The position numbers were made by a program, and so were the translations under genes. Below, piece after piece: positions 1-10,709 of a stretch of 64,000 bases of DNA. Within the stretch, counting starts at the first letter, position 1, and every line of letters begins with the position of its first letter. This stretch comes from Mogibacterium sp. (lineage in GTDB: Bacteria > Bacillota > Clostridia > Peptostreptococcales > Anaerovoracaceae), in assembly GCF_016775335.1 (NCBI RefSeq), contig NZ_JAEUGJ010000010.1, one strand, 5' to 3'. The notes below the pieces were generated by a model. It ran no database searches. It had not been told where the DNA came from and saw only the letters and a program-made list of their open reading frames with translations.

Positions 1-117
1 CGCTTCTCCAGCTTCACCGTCAGCGTTGATGATGCCCTTTACGGTCTCGATCATCTGGTTTCTTGCAGCTTCATCCATAGCCGGATCAAGAATGAACAAT
101 AATTCATAATTTCTCAT
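1..117 (-). CDS. rpsF: 30S ribosomal protein S6, N-terminal part (runs off the window edge)
   Basis: Manual translation from ATG at 117: MRNYELLFILDPAMDEAARNQMIETVKGII..., the typical S6 N-terminus (M-R-x-YE); GGAGGTG RBS upstream. Confidence 0.9.
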   Translation of the reverse strand, partial: MRNYELLFILDPAMDEAARNQMIETVKGIINADGEAGEA

Positions 118-123
118 TGTTTT

Positions 124-162
124 CACCTCCTATGGCCTAATGACATCTTGCGATGTAGGATT
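124..162 (-). promoter_or_regulatory. Probable S6:S18 autoregulatory leader in the rpsF 5' UTR
   Basis: On the minus strand: CCU-ACAUC-GCAA-GAUGU...GGCCAUAGGAGGUG, a hairpin with a GNRA loop and a CCA just before the RBS, resembling the known rpsF leader layout. Confidence 0.5.
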
Positions 163-192
163 CTGGCCTGCTTATTCAGACCATACCCAATT

Positions 193-220
193 ATTATACA
201 GAAAAATAGCCGGATTGCAA
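193..220 (-). promoter_or_regulatory. sigma-A type promoter for rpsF
   Basis: TTGCAA (220-215), 16 nt, TATAAT (198-193) on the minus strand. Confidence 0.6.
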
Positions 221-268
221 GCTTTTATTTCCGAAATTCCTTGAAAATCCGGTGAATTCTTCCGTTTT

Positions 269-721
269 CTACCCGCAAATCTGCTCCGAATCCAGAATTA
301 CGGTAAATGGGCCGTCGTTCAGCAGCTCTACCTTCATTTCCGCGCCGAATTCTCCCTGTTCCACCACGTCCACGCGCTCTTTGCACTTCTCGATGATGTA
401 TTCATAGAGGGCATTGGCATGGTCCGGAGATCCCGCTTCGATAAAAGAAGGTCGGTTTCCTTTCTTGCAGTTTGCGTACAGGGTGAACTGTGAGATTAGT
501 AAAAGTTCTCCCCCCACATCTGCCAAGGAAAGATTGGTCTTTCCGTTCTCATCTTCAAATATCCGAAGCTTAATCATCTTATCCAGCATTTTGTCGGCGA
601 TTTCTTTCGTGTCCGTATCGGATACTCCGATCAGAACCATGTATCCCTTGCCGATTTTTCCAATGACATTGTTATCCACGGTGACGCTTGCGTGGGTGAC
701 TCTCTGTATTACCAGTTTCAT
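269..721 (-). CDS. dtd: D-aminoacyl-tRNA deacylase
   Basis: MKLVIQRV start, SQFTL motif, NDGPFT motif. Confidence 0.96.
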   Translation of the reverse strand: MKLVIQRVTHASVTVDNNVIGKIGKGYMVLIGVSDTDTKEIADKMLDKMIKLRIFEDENGKTNLSLADVGGELLLISQFTLYANCKKGNRPSFIEAGSPDHANALYEYIIEKCKERVDVVEQGEFGAEMKVELLNDGPFTVILDSEQICG

Positions 722-847
722 TCTCGTAATCCCTTCCTTGCTTTTTTTATGGCGTTATTTTACAATAGATTCTAACCTATTGTATGAACGCCTGCAAGCC
801 CGCGGTGAAGTCGGAAACGCAGGAGGGACGGAGGATATTTTTACGAG

Positions 848-1582
848 ATGATGAATCCATTTAAAAGCATCCCGGCGGGACTGGCGATCCTGTCGGAAAT
901 AAATCGTTTTAATAAGATGGCGCCGCAGTTCGAGGCCCTTCGGAAGGAAGGAAAGTTAGAGGAGGAGCGGGCGCTGATTCTGGAAGGCACCAGCCGATTC
1001 GCGGACACCGTGTCCCGGAAGATTGGAATTACCTTCGATATTCACGGGGAAGAGAACATTCCGGATCACGGACCGATGCTGATTGTGGCCAACCACCAGA
1101 GCTATGCGGATATTCTGGCGATGATCTACGTGATTCGGAAGTTTCAGATCGGCTTCATTGCCAAATCGGAGTTCACCGGTTTCAAGCCGCTGGCGAAGGC
1201 GATTAACTATACTCGCTCGCTGTTTCTGAAGAGGGGAGATGCCCGGGCGGCCATTCAGACGTTGAATGAGGCGGCGACCCTGATGAAGGAAGGGTTTTCT
1301 CTGGTGATTTTCCCGGAGGGGACGCGGAGCCAGTGCAGCGAGATGGGGGAATTCAAGGCGGGCAGCTTCAAGTTCGCGCAGAAGGCGAAGGTGCCGATTC
1401 TTCCGATTACCCTGGAGGGGGGCTACCACTTCTGGGAGGAGAAGGGGACGGTTCAGCCGTGCACCGTTCATGTGAAGATTCATCCGCTGGTTCATTTTGA
1501 GGAGATGGATCGGAAAACGCAGAACGAAGCCCACGTGGAAATTGAGAAGACCATCCGCGAAGGGCTGAAGGAATTCGTTTAG
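848..1582 (+). CDS. plsC: 1-acyl-sn-glycerol-3-phosphate acyltransferase
   Basis: NHQSxxD and FPEGTRS acyltransferase motifs. Confidence 0.9.
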   Translation: MMNPFKSIPAGLAILSEINRFNKMAPQFEALRKEGKLEEERALILEGTSRFADTVSRKIGITFDIHGEENIPDHGPMLIVANHQSYADILAMIYVIRKFQIGFIAKSEFTGFKPLAKAINYTRSLFLKRGDARAAIQTLNEAATLMKEGFSLVIFPEGTRSQCSEMGEFKAGSFKFAQKAKVPILPITLEGGYHFWEEKGTVQPCTVHVKIHPLVHFEEMDRKTQNEAHVEIEKTIREGLKEFV

Positions 1583-1610
1583 TATTTTTTTGAATACGGA
1601 AGCTTTAGGA

Positions 1611-1641
1611 AGGGAACCCGAATTACCGGGTTCCTTTTTTT
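1611..1641 (+). terminator. Intrinsic terminator after plsC
   Basis: GGAACCCG-aattac-CGGGTTCC followed by a T run. Confidence 0.8.
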
Positions 1642-1826
1642 ATAGTTTTTTTCTTTTCTGCCTACCAAAGTAATAGAGTTTTTCTATTGGAAAATCTCTC
1701 TTCCTGTTTTTACTATAATTATTAATAGGTATATTATGCCTGTTCACAAAATCGTCGGACTCGATCGGGCGCGTTCGACGATTGTAAATTGTTTTTACAG
1801 AGATTATAAGAGTAAAGAGGAGGAAA

Positions 1827-3962
1827 ATGTTTATGAATCGAGCAGTTCGCAGCATAAGCGCCTGGCTTCTCGCTTTGGCGATGATCGTCAGCGGATTCAG
1901 TGTGTTCGGCTCCTTCGGTCCGGCTTCCGCAAATGCGGCGGTAGACCAAAGCAAACTGGTCATCAAGGTTACCAACCAGTACGATCAGCCGGTAAAGGGT
2001 GCTGAATTCACATTTACCATGGGAAATGTAACCAAACCGATTGGAGTAGCGTCGGATGAAAATGGTGTTATCGAAACATCCACACTGGATAAAGATGGAT
2101 GGATTGATAACATGGATTTGAAACTGGTTTCCGGAAGTCCATATACCATGACTTCCAATATCACCGTTTCTTTCACCGATAATGATGATTTCCAGCCGAT
2201 TATCGAATACGTCAACGATGAAGATTACACCGGTGAAATTGCCGTAAAGGTCAACGACCCGAATGCGGTAGCTCCAGGAACAGCAACCGCCGACGAGGTG
2301 AAGGCATATATGTCCGACTCCGACAGCAGCACCGTTCTGATGGATGCCAGAAGTGTGGACGCGTACAACGGCTGGGCCATCGGAAACGCAAAGAGAGGCG
2401 GTCACCTGAAGAATGCGGTAAGCTTCCCGGCAGACGCCATCCGCAACGCCGTAACGCCGAACAAGAAGGAAGGCAAGACCATCGAAGATTACCACAAGCA
2501 GATGATGGAAGATGCCGGCATTACCAAGGATTCTAAAATCATCATCTACGATGTGAACGATTCCGATGCGGAATACGTGCACAACTGGCTCAAGGATCAG
2601 GGATATTCTGCTGACAACATGAAGGTTTTCAATGGAACCGACCTGATTAACAGCGGCAAAGCCAAGGTTGTGAAGTACAAGAATTACGATATGTACGTTC
2701 CGGAAGATGTGGTTAAAAACATCTCCGACAACCTCACCGGGAAGTCTGATGAATACACCAGAAACGCAAAGCAGGTTGTCAACGGTGACGACGTGGTAAT
2801 CCTGGACGTAAGCTGGGGAGATGAAACCAGCGATCCGAACAACGGTTCCGGTTACGATGCCGGTCACATCCCGGGCGCCGTTCACGTAAACACCGACGAG
2901 TACGAAACTCCGAAGGTTTACGTAAAGACCAAACCGGAGCAATACAGAACCGAGTGGAGATTGAACAGCGACAAAGAACTGATTCAGCTGGCACAGAAAA
3001 AGGGCATCACCCTGAACTCCTGCGTAATCATCGCCGGTCCGGAACCGATGGCAACCACCAGAATGGCGGTTATCCTGAAGTACCTGGGTGTGGAAAACGT
3101 TCACGTAATGAGCAACGCTATGACCGGTTGGAATGCAGCCGGATATTCCATGGAAAAGGGAATCAACACCAATAAGACCACTAACATGGGCATCACCAAG
3201 CCGCAGAATCCGGATGTCATCGACACCATTTCCGAGGTAAAGAGCGAGCTGAAGAATTCCAAGTACGCAGTCATCGATACCAGAACCAAAGCGGAGTGGG
3301 ACGGAAAGGATACCGGATACGGTTATCACGACCTCGCCGGAAGAATCCCTGGAACCATCTATTCCAACTGCGGATACGGCTACAGCAGCAGCGTGTTCCG
3401 TTACAGAAATGCGGATAAATCCATGAGATCCGGTGAAGCGATTAAAAAGATGTGGGAAGAAGACGGCATCGACTACCAGAACAAGCACATGGTATTCTTC
3501 TGCGGCTCCGGCTGGAGAGCAGCGGAGACCACTTGGGAAGCATGGCTCATGGGCTACGATGCATCTCTGTACAGCGATGGCTGGATTGGCTGGTCCAACG
3601 GTGGATACAACTACTACCGCGATGGCAAGACTTTTGCAATGGACAAGAAAACCGGCAAGGAAGTCAATATTTCCGCAATTAAGGCGGCAACGGTTTCCAA
3701 GGTAAAAGCAAAAGCCGGAAAGAAGAAGGCGACCGTAACCTACGGAAAGACCACGGGTGTGACCACTTACAAGGTATACTACAAGCTCAAGAAGAAGGGC
3801 GCGAAGTATAAGCTGGCAAAGACCACAACCTCCAGAAAGGTCACCATTAAGAAGCTGAAGTCCAAGAAAACCTACTACGTAAAGGTTCGCGCTTACAAGA
3901 ACATCAACGGCACAAACGTTTACACAAAGTACAGCAAGACCGTAAAGGTTAAGGCAAAATAA
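1827..3962 (+). CDS. Secreted triple-rhodanese sulfurtransferase (YnjE-like) with an N-terminal beta-rich domain and a Lys-rich FN3-like C-terminus
   Basis: Signal peptide ending ...SANA; three rhodanese repeats (DAR...GGHLKNA; LDVSW...AGHIPGA; IDTR...AGRIPG); active-site loop FFCGSGWRA; C-terminus KLKSKKTYYVKVRAY typical of clostridial FN3-like domains. Confidence 0.8.
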   Translation: MFMNRAVRSISAWLLALAMIVSGFSVFGSFGPASANAAVDQSKLVIKVTNQYDQPVKGAEFTFTMGNVTKPIGVASDENGVIETSTLDKDGWIDNMDLKLVSGSPYTMTSNITVSFTDNDDFQPIIEYVNDEDYTGEIAVKVNDPNAVAPGTATADEVKAYMSDSDSSTVLMDARSVDAYNGWAIGNAKRGGHLKNAVSFPADAIRNAVTPNKKEGKTIEDYHKQMMEDAGITKDSKIIIYDVNDSDAEYVHNWLKDQGYSADNMKVFNGTDLINSGKAKVVKYKNYDMYVPEDVVKNISDNLTGKSDEYTRNAKQVVNGDDVVILDVSWGDETSDPNNGSGYDAGHIPGAVHVNTDEYETPKVYVKTKPEQYRTEWRLNSDKELIQLAQKKGITLNSCVIIAGPEPMATTRMAVILKYLGVENVHVMSNAMTGWNAAGYSMEKGINTNKTTNMGITKPQNPDVIDTISEVKSELKNSKYAVIDTRTKAEWDGKDTGYGYHDLAGRIPGTIYSNCGYGYSSSVFRYRNADKSMRSGEAIKKMWEEDGIDYQNKHMVFFCGSGWRAAETTWEAWLMGYDASLYSDGWIGWSNGGYNYYRDGKTFAMDKKTGKEVNISAIKAATVSKVKAKAGKKKATVTYGKTTGVTTYKVYYKLKKKGAKYKLAKTTTSRKVTIKKLKSKKTYYVKVRAYKNINGTNVYTKYSKTVKVKAK

Positions 3963-3995
3963 GATTTTTAATCACGGGTTCCCGATTATCCGAAG

Positions 3996-4022
3996 AAGAG
4001 GCGTCACTGCGGCGCCTCTTTT
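3996..4022 (+). terminator. Intrinsic terminator after the rhodanese gene
   Basis: AAGAGGCGTC-actgc-GGCGCCTCTT plus TT. Confidence 0.75.
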
Positions 4023-4037
4023 GTCTTATAATCACAG

Positions 4038-4149
4038 TTTTCCATAATTTGTTAAAATCTCTGTGCATAATTATTCATTCGCATCCGCATATCGCTTATA
4101 TTTCAACCGCTTCAGCACATTCCAACATACTGTTGATAACTGTGGAAAA
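4038..4149. promoter_or_regulatory. Small DnaA-box cluster outside oriC
   Basis: TTTTCCATA 4038-4046, TGTGCATAA 4062-4070, TGTTGATAA 4131-4139, TGTGGAAAA 4141-4149; all within one mismatch of TT(A/T)TNCACA. Confidence 0.55.
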
Positions 4150-4263
4150 CTTTTCTATTTTGTGTTTTTGACAAGTTTATAAACATATTTATTTGACATA
4201 CGCCAAATAGATTACTATCATTATGTAAAAAATAGGATATGAGAAACTTTTAGGAGGTGTACC

Positions 4264-4845
4264 ATGCTGAAAGATTATATCAAAGAGAACCGCACCGTAC
4301 GGGGATTCGACCAAAGCGAAAAAGTTTCCACCGAGGAACTGACGGACATGATTGACTGTGCCCGCCTGGCCTCCTCCGGCATGAACCTGCAACCGCTGAA
4401 ATATTTTATCGCCAACCGGGATTCCGCCGCAGCCATTCTGCAAAAAGCAACCAAGATGGGCGGACGCCTTCCGGAACGCCACCTGCCGGATGCCGGAAAG
4501 GAGCCAGAATCCTACATCGTCATCCTTCAGGATCCGGATATCAGCACCAGCGACACCTTTACCAATATCGACCTGGGCATCGCGGCGCAAAGCATCACTC
4601 TGGCGGCGGTGGAGAAGGGATACCGCTGCTGCATGCTGGGAGGCGGCTATGACCCGAAGGAACTTCGGGACGAGCTGGGAATTCCGGAAAAATACATCCT
4701 CAAGCTGGTCATCGCCGTCGGCAAATCCGCAGAGGAAATTCACCTGGTGGAAGTCGAGGATGGGGGAGACACCGGCTACTACCGGGATGCCAACGACGTT
4801 CATTACGTCCCAAAAAGAAAACTGCAGGACATCATCATCCGTTAG
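4264..4845 (+). CDS. Nitroreductase family protein
   Basis: NRTVRGF, ARLASSGMNLQP, DLGIAAQSITLAAVEKG motifs; GGAGGT RBS. Confidence 0.9.
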   Translation: MLKDYIKENRTVRGFDQSEKVSTEELTDMIDCARLASSGMNLQPLKYFIANRDSAAAILQKATKMGGRLPERHLPDAGKEPESYIVILQDPDISTSDTFTNIDLGIAAQSITLAAVEKGYRCCMLGGGYDPKELRDELGIPEKYILKLVIAVGKSAEEIHLVEVEDGGDTGYYRDANDVHYVPKRKLQDIIIR

Positions 4846-4924
4846 TTTTCCGCAGATTTATAAATCCACAAAAAATGACGCAGAGCCGGACGTTTCCGAC
4901 TTTGCGCCATTCTTTTTTTATTCA

Positions 4925-7432
4925 TTAATCCAAAAGAGAAATCTGTTCGCCTTCGGATTTCTTTTTTTCTGAAACCTTCGGCTTCTGTGCGTTCTCTTCA
5001 TCGTCCACAACCTTGGCCAAAGATACGATGTGGCTGTCTTCCTCCACCTTCATAATCTTTACGCCCTGGGTGGTTCTTCCGGACTTGGAGATTTCCTCTG
5101 CCCGAATTCGGATGATTACGCCGTTGGAGTTGATCAGCATCACTTCGTTCTCGTCCCGAACCAGCATTCCGCCCACCAGCGTGCCGGTCTTGCTGAACTT
5201 GGACTTGTCGTAGGTGGCGATACCCTTGCCACCTCGGGTCTGGAGGCGATACTCATCCAATGATGTTCTCTTACCGAATCCGTTCTCGGACACCACCAGC
5301 ATCTCCCGGGTTCCGTCGGTATCCAGCTCCATGGAAACGACTTCGTCACCGTAATCCAGGTTGATGGCGCGAACGCCGGCCGCATTTCGGCCCATGCTTC
5401 GAACGTCATTTTCGTTGAAGGCAATGGCTTTACCCAGCTTGGTGATGACGTAAATATTCTCGTCGCCGTTGGACTGGCTGACGGAAATCAGCTTGTCGCC
5501 GTCCTTCAGGTTGATGGCGATGAGACCGTTCTTCCGAATGCTGTCGAATTCCGACATCGGCGTCTTCTTAATGGTTCCGCTTCGGGTGATCATTACCAGG
5601 TAGTTGTCCTGGGAGAATTCCTTCACCGGAATCACCGCGCTGACCTTCTCACCCGAATTCAGGTTCAGGAAGTTGATGACCGGAGTACCCTTTGCGGTTC
5701 TGGATGCTTCCGGAACCTCGTATCCCTTCATCTTGTACACCTTACCCATATCGGTGAAGAACAGCAGGTCGTCGTGGGTGGAGGTGATGATCAGATCTTT
5801 GACAAAATCCGAATCCCGAGTGGTCAGTCCCAGAATTCCCTTGCCGCCGCGGCGCTGTGCCTTGTAGGTATTCTCCGGAACTCGCTTGATGTAACCCATG
5901 TGGGTAAGGGTGATTGCCACATCCTCTTCATCGATCAGGGCCTCTTCATCCAGCTCTCCGTCGCCGTTCACCAGCTTGGTTCTTCTCTTATCTCCGTACT
6001 TCTTCTTGATTTCCAGAAGTTCGTCCTTGATTACACCCATCAGCTTCTTCTCATCTGCCAGAAGTTCCTTAAAGTATGCGATTCTCTTCCGCAGCTCCGC
6101 CAATTCTTCCTCGATTTTCTCACGTTCCAAACCCTGGAGTCTGGCCAGTCTCATATCAAGAATTGCCTGCGCCTGTGCTTCTGACAAGCTGAACCGAATC
6201 ATCAGCTTTTCTTTCGCATCGTTATAAGCGGAACGGATCACCTTAATCACTTCGTCGATATTATCCAGCGCGATTACGTAACCCTCTAAAATATGTGCTC
6301 TTTCCTCTGCTTTTCTCAGGTCGAACCGGGTTCTCCGCGTTACCACTTCCTTCTGGTGCTTCAGGTATTCGTCCAGAATCTGATACAGGTTCAGAATCTT
6401 CGGCTCGCCGTTTACCAGCGCCAGCATAATCATGCTGTAGGAAGTCTGCAGCTGGGTATGCTTGTACAGTCTGTTCAGGATGACATTCGGATTCACGTCC
6501 TTCTTCAGGTCGATGACAATCCGCAGATTTCCTCGAGCGGACTCATCCTGAATGTTGGAAATGCCTTCTATCTTCTTGTCCTTTACCAGCGCTGCCATGG
6601 ACTCAATCAGCCGCGCCTTATTCACCTGGTACGGAATGGAACTTATCACGATTCGGGTACGTCCCCGGCTGCCTTCCTCAATTTCGCACTCCGAGCGCAC
6701 CAGCACCTTGCCGGTACCGGTACGATAGGCTTCCCTGGCACCTTCTTTTCCGATAATCTGCGCACCGGTCGGGAAGTCCGGCGCCTTGATGATTTTAATC
6801 AGGTCGTCCACCGTGCACTCATCGTCGTCAATCATCTTGACGCACGCATCGATGGTCTCGCCCAAATTGTGCGGCGGAATGGATGTAGCCATACCAACCG
6901 CGATACCGTTGGATCCGTTGATTAGCAGATTCGGCACACGGGAAGGCAGAACCACCGGTTCCTGTTCCTCGCCGTCGTAGTTATCCGCAAAATCCACGGT
7001 TTCCTTTCCGATATCCCGAACCATCTGCAGGGAGAACGGGGACATTCTGGCCTCGGTGTAACGGGAAGCCGCTGCACCGTCGCCGTCCACGGAACCGAAG
7101 TTACCGTGACCGTCCACCAGCGGATATCTGGTGGAGAAAACCTGTGCCATCTTAACCATGGCATCGTAGATAGAACTGTCACCGTGAGGGTGATATTTAC
7201 CCATTACTTCACCGACGATACGGGCGGACTTCTTGTGCGGCTTGTCCGGCGTAATTTCCAAAGCGCTCAGGCCGTAGAGAATTCTTCTATTAACCGGCTT
7301 CAAACCGTCTCGAACATCCGGAAGGGCACGTCCTACAATAACACTCATGGCGTAGTCGATATAGGAAGTCTTCATTTCCTCCGACATCTCATGGGTGATT
7401 ATTTTGCTGTCTTCCAATAAATTCGTTGACAT
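4925..7432 (-). CDS. gyrA: DNA gyrase subunit A
   Basis: [33 protein letters not shown], catalytic RYTE, GyrA-box QRRGGKG. Confidence 0.98.
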   Translation of the reverse strand: MSTNLLEDSKIITHEMSEEMKTSYIDYAMSVIVGRALPDVRDGLKPVNRRILYGLSALEITPDKPHKKSARIVGEVMGKYHPHGDSSIYDAMVKMAQVFSTRYPLVDGHGNFGSVDGDGAAASRYTEARMSPFSLQMVRDIGKETVDFADNYDGEEQEPVVLPSRVPNLLINGSNGIAVGMATSIPPHNLGETIDACVKMIDDDECTVDDLIKIIKAPDFPTGAQIIGKEGAREAYRTGTGKVLVRSECEIEEGSRGRTRIVISSIPYQVNKARLIESMAALVKDKKIEGISNIQDESARGNLRIVIDLKKDVNPNVILNRLYKHTQLQTSYSMIMLALVNGEPKILNLYQILDEYLKHQKEVVTRRTRFDLRKAEERAHILEGYVIALDNIDEVIKVIRSAYNDAKEKLMIRFSLSEAQAQAILDMRLARLQGLEREKIEEELAELRKRIAYFKELLADEKKLMGVIKDELLEIKKKYGDKRRTKLVNGDGELDEEALIDEEDVAITLTHMGYIKRVPENTYKAQRRGGKGILGLTTRDSDFVKDLIITSTHDDLLFFTDMGKVYKMKGYEVPEASRTAKGTPVINFLNLNSGEKVSAVIPVKEFSQDNYLVMITRSGTIKKTPMSEFDSIRKNGLIAINLKDGDKLISVSQSNGDENIYVITKLGKAIAFNENDVRSMGRNAAGVRAINLDYGDEVVSMELDTDGTREMLVVSENGFGKRTSLDEYRLQTRGGKGIATYDKSKFSKTGTLVGGMLVRDENEVMLINSNGVIIRIRAEEISKSGRTTQGVKIMKVEEDSHIVSLAKVVDDEENAQKPKVSEKKKSEGEQISLLD

Positions 7433-7518
7433 TCAATCTCCTTTATCTATACTTCTTCAATATCTCAAGCTCTTCGCGATTTCCCATAAAAAGAATTTCG
7501 CAGTTCACCGGATACCGA

Positions 7519-9462
7519 CTACAAATCCAATGTGGCGTAACGCGCGTTTTCCTCAATGAACTTCTTCCGCGGCGGAACCTTGTCACCCATCAATGTGGTA
7601 ATCATCTCATCCGCCTTCTCCGCATCGTCCAAAGAAATCCGAATCAGGGTACGATGGTTGTAGTCCATGGTGGTTTCCCACAGCTGGGTGTAGTCCATCT
7701 CTCCAAGACCCTTGTATCTCTGGATTTCTACCTTTGTCTTGCTGTCCTTCTCCCGAAGTTCGGCCAAGAGGTCTTCCTGCTCCTTGTCGGAATAGGTGTA
7801 CCAGGTCTCTTTTCCTCTCTTCACCCGGAACAGCGGCGGCTGTGCGGCATATACATAACCTTCCTCAATCAGCGGTCTCATGAAACGATAGAAGAAGGTG
7901 AGGAGCAGCGTCCGAATATGAGCGCCGTCCACATCCGCATCGGTCATGATGATGATTTTGTGGTAGCGCAGTTTCGAAATATCGAAGTTGTCGTCGATTC
8001 CACAGCCGAAAGCGGTGATCATATTCCGAATTTCCTGAGAATCCAACGCTCTCGCACGGGTTGCCTTCTCTACGTTCAGAATTTTACCTCTCAGCGGAAG
8101 TACCGCCTGGCGCGCTCTGTCTCTTCCTTCCTGGGCACTACCGCCGGCGGAGTCTCCCTCTACCAGGAAAATCTCGCAGATTTCCGGATCTTTCTCGGAA
8201 CAATCCTTCAGCTTGCCCGGAAGCGATGTGCTCTCCAGTACATTGGTTTTACGCGAGGTCTCTCGAGCCTTTCTTGCCGCTTCTCTGGCGTTGGCCGCGT
8301 TGATGCACTTTGTGACGATTTTCTTGGCCTGGGCCGGATGCTCCTCCAGATAGAAGTTGAAGTACTCGTTCATGCTGCTTTCCACGAAACCACGAACTTC
8401 ACTGTTTCCAAGCTTTGCCTTGGTCTGTCCTTCGAACTGAGGATCCGTCAGCTTCACGCTGACGATTGCGGTAACGCCTTCCCGGCAATCATCGCCAGTG
8501 AGGGAATCGTCCTTCTCCTTCAGCTGCTTGGTACGGCGCGCGTAGTCGTTCAGCGTTCTGGTAATCGCCGCCTTCAGTCCCTGGAGGTGGAAACCACCTT
8601 CGATGGTGTTGATGTTGTTGGCGTAGGACATTACCGTTTCGTTGTAGTTTCCGGTGTACTGCAGTGCCACTTCCACTTCGTACTCTTTGCCGGTGGCTTC
8701 GTCCTTCTTGTGGTTCTCGAAATAGAACACATCTTCGTTGATGACCTTCTTGTTTCGATTCATAAAAGTGACGAATTCCCGAATTCCGCCTTCGTAGCAG
8801 AAGCTTTCCTTCTTCTTCCGTCCCTCTCTTTTATCTTCGATGGTAATCCGAAGGCCCTTATTCAGAAATGCCATCTCTCTCATTCTATTCTGCAGGATAT
8901 CGTAGTCATAGATGGTTTCGTCGAAGATTTCCGGATCCGGCCAGAAGGTGGTCTTGGAACCGGAACCCTCGGCATCTCCCAGAACTTTCAATTCAGTGGA
9001 TCTCTTTCCCTGGAAATATTCCTGCTCGTACAGCTTTCCGCCTCTTTTTACCTCAACAATCATGTGCGTGGAGAGGGCGTTTACTACCGATGCACCTACA
9101 CCGTGAAGACCGCCGGACACCTTGTATCCGCCGCCGCCGAACTTACCGCCCGCATGGAGCTGTGTATGAATAACTTCAACCGTCGGTTTATGCTCCGTCG
9201 GATGCATATCCACCGGCATTCCACGGCCGTCATCGCACACCGTGATGGAATTATCTTCATTAATGGACAGCTCGATGTGTTTACAGAATCCGGCCAGTGC
9301 CTCGTCCACACTGTTATCCACGATTTCGTATACGAGATGATGCAAACCCTGAGATCCGGTACTGCCGATGTACATACCCGGTCTGACACGAACCGCTTCC
9401 AGTCCGTGAAGTACCTGAATCTGTTGGCCTGTATAGTCGCTTTTCTTTTTTTCTGCGCTCAT
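7519..9462 (-). CDS. gyrB: DNA gyrase subunit B
   Basis: [46 protein letters not shown]. Confidence 0.98.
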   Translation of the reverse strand: MSAEKKKSDYTGQQIQVLHGLEAVRVRPGMYIGSTGSQGLHHLVYEIVDNSVDEALAGFCKHIELSINEDNSITVCDDGRGMPVDMHPTEHKPTVEVIHTQLHAGGKFGGGGYKVSGGLHGVGASVVNALSTHMIVEVKRGGKLYEQEYFQGKRSTELKVLGDAEGSGSKTTFWPDPEIFDETIYDYDILQNRMREMAFLNKGLRITIEDKREGRKKKESFCYEGGIREFVTFMNRNKKVINEDVFYFENHKKDEATGKEYEVEVALQYTGNYNETVMSYANNINTIEGGFHLQGLKAAITRTLNDYARRTKQLKEKDDSLTGDDCREGVTAIVSVKLTDPQFEGQTKAKLGNSEVRGFVESSMNEYFNFYLEEHPAQAKKIVTKCINAANAREAARKARETSRKTNVLESTSLPGKLKDCSEKDPEICEIFLVEGDSAGGSAQEGRDRARQAVLPLRGKILNVEKATRARALDSQEIRNMITAFGCGIDDNFDISKLRYHKIIIMTDADVDGAHIRTLLLTFFYRFMRPLIEEGYVYAAQPPLFRVKRGKETWYTYSDKEQEDLLAELREKDSKTKVEIQRYKGLGEMDYTQLWETTMDYNHRTLIRISLDDAEKADEMITTLMGDKVPPRKKFIEENARYATLDL

Positions 9463-9521
9463 TCAAACCTTCCTTTTATGATTAAAACAAACAAAAAATC
9501 GGTTATTTACATAACCGATTT

Positions 9522-9550
9522 ATTTTACCATATTCGCGTCTTTTATTCAA
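9522..9550 (-). promoter_or_regulatory. sigma-A type promoter for gyrBA
   Basis: TTGAAT (9550-9545), 17 nt, TAAAAT (9527-9522) with an extended -10 TG. Confidence 0.6.
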
Positions 9551-9605
9551 GAATACCAAAATCATCGTAAAGCACAATTTCGTCCTGTTTTGGCTTGATT
9601 TTAAA

Positions 9606-10700
9606 TCATTTCAAGGTATTTTTAAACACAGTACCACTCTTCACAGAATAAACATTTCCCTTTGGCATTTTCTTCAGAATCCGATTATTCACATCCGTGG
9701 TGGTAATGAAGAGCTGCACATCCTCGATTTCCTGAAAAAGAAAGGTCTGTCGTTCTTCATCCAATTCCGACAATACATCGTCCAGGAGGAGCACCGGGTT
9801 TTCGCCGATTACATCCCGGGCGATTCCGATTTCCGCCAGCTTCAGTGCCAAAGCGATGGTGCGATGCTGTCCCTGAGATCCGTACTTCTTGGCATCCTTT
9901 CCGTTGATCAGAAATTCCATATCGTCCCGCTGCGGACCTAAGCTGCTGTGCCCGCTGTACAGATCTCGGTCCCTCGCCGCCACCAGCGCGTCGTACTGAT
10001 TCTCTTCCGAAAGGGAACACAGATACCGGATTTCCAGATCTTCTCTTCCGCCGGAAATGCTCTTCTGTATTTCTGCCGCTCTTTCCGAAAGCATGCGAAT
10101 GAAATTTCTCCGGTACTTCACGATTTCCGTTCCGTACTTCGCCAGCTGCAGGTCGTAGATGTCCAGCATGTTTTCGTCGATTTTTGAATTCTTCAGATTG
10201 TCCTTCAGCATGCTGTTCTTCTGGCGCAAGGCTTCGCTGTAGAGGCGAAGGCATTCGTAATAGCGGGGCCGAATCTGGGACAGTTCCTTATTAATAAAGT
10301 TTCTCCGCTTCTCCGGACTGTCTTTGATGATGCGAAGGTCTTCCGGCGAAAAAACCATCACCACCAGATTGTTCAGCAGCTCTGCGGTTTTGCGGATGAC
10401 CTTGCCGTCCTTTTTAATCATCTTTTTGCCGGTACGGTCCAGAATCACGGAAATGCTTTTATCCATATCCTCGCTCACCAGGTCCACCGTCACGCTGGCT
10501 CGCGGTCGGTCCAGCATGATCATGTTGGCGGAATTCTGGGTGCGGAAAGAGCGGGCGAAAGCGCAGAGATAGATGCCTTCGATGAGATTGGTTTTTCCCT
10601 GAGCATTCTCCCCAATAAAAACATTTCTAGAGCTGTCAAAGGACAGCTCTAGATTTTCGTAATTTCTGAAGTTGTGGAGTTCTACTTTTTTGACTATCAT
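9606..10700 (-). CDS. recF: DNA replication/repair protein RecF
   Basis: NFRNY, GENAQGKTN Walker A, SQGQ, LLLDDVLSELD. Confidence 0.97.
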   Translation of the reverse strand: MIVKKVELHNFRNYENLELSFDSSRNVFIGENAQGKTNLIEGIYLCAFARSFRTQNSANMIMLDRPRASVTVDLVSEDMDKSISVILDRTGKKMIKKDGKVIRKTAELLNNLVVMVFSPEDLRIIKDSPEKRRNFINKELSQIRPRYYECLRLYSEALRQKNSMLKDNLKNSKIDENMLDIYDLQLAKYGTEIVKYRRNFIRMLSERAAEIQKSISGGREDLEIRYLCSLSEENQYDALVAARDRDLYSGHSSLGPQRDDMEFLINGKDAKKYGSQGQHRTIALALKLAEIGIARDVIGENPVLLLDDVLSELDEERQTFLFQEIEDVQLFITTTDVNNRILKKMPKGNVYSVKSGTVFKNTLK

Positions 10701-10709
10701 AAATTCTCA

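Noticed and set aside
7426..9570. Long antisense ORFs (714 aa opposite gyrB; also 1734-3488, 11976-13382, 17576-19156, 29205-31238, 50645-51946)
   Set aside because: They are shadow frames of well-supported genes, with no recognisable motifs; expected from codon bias.
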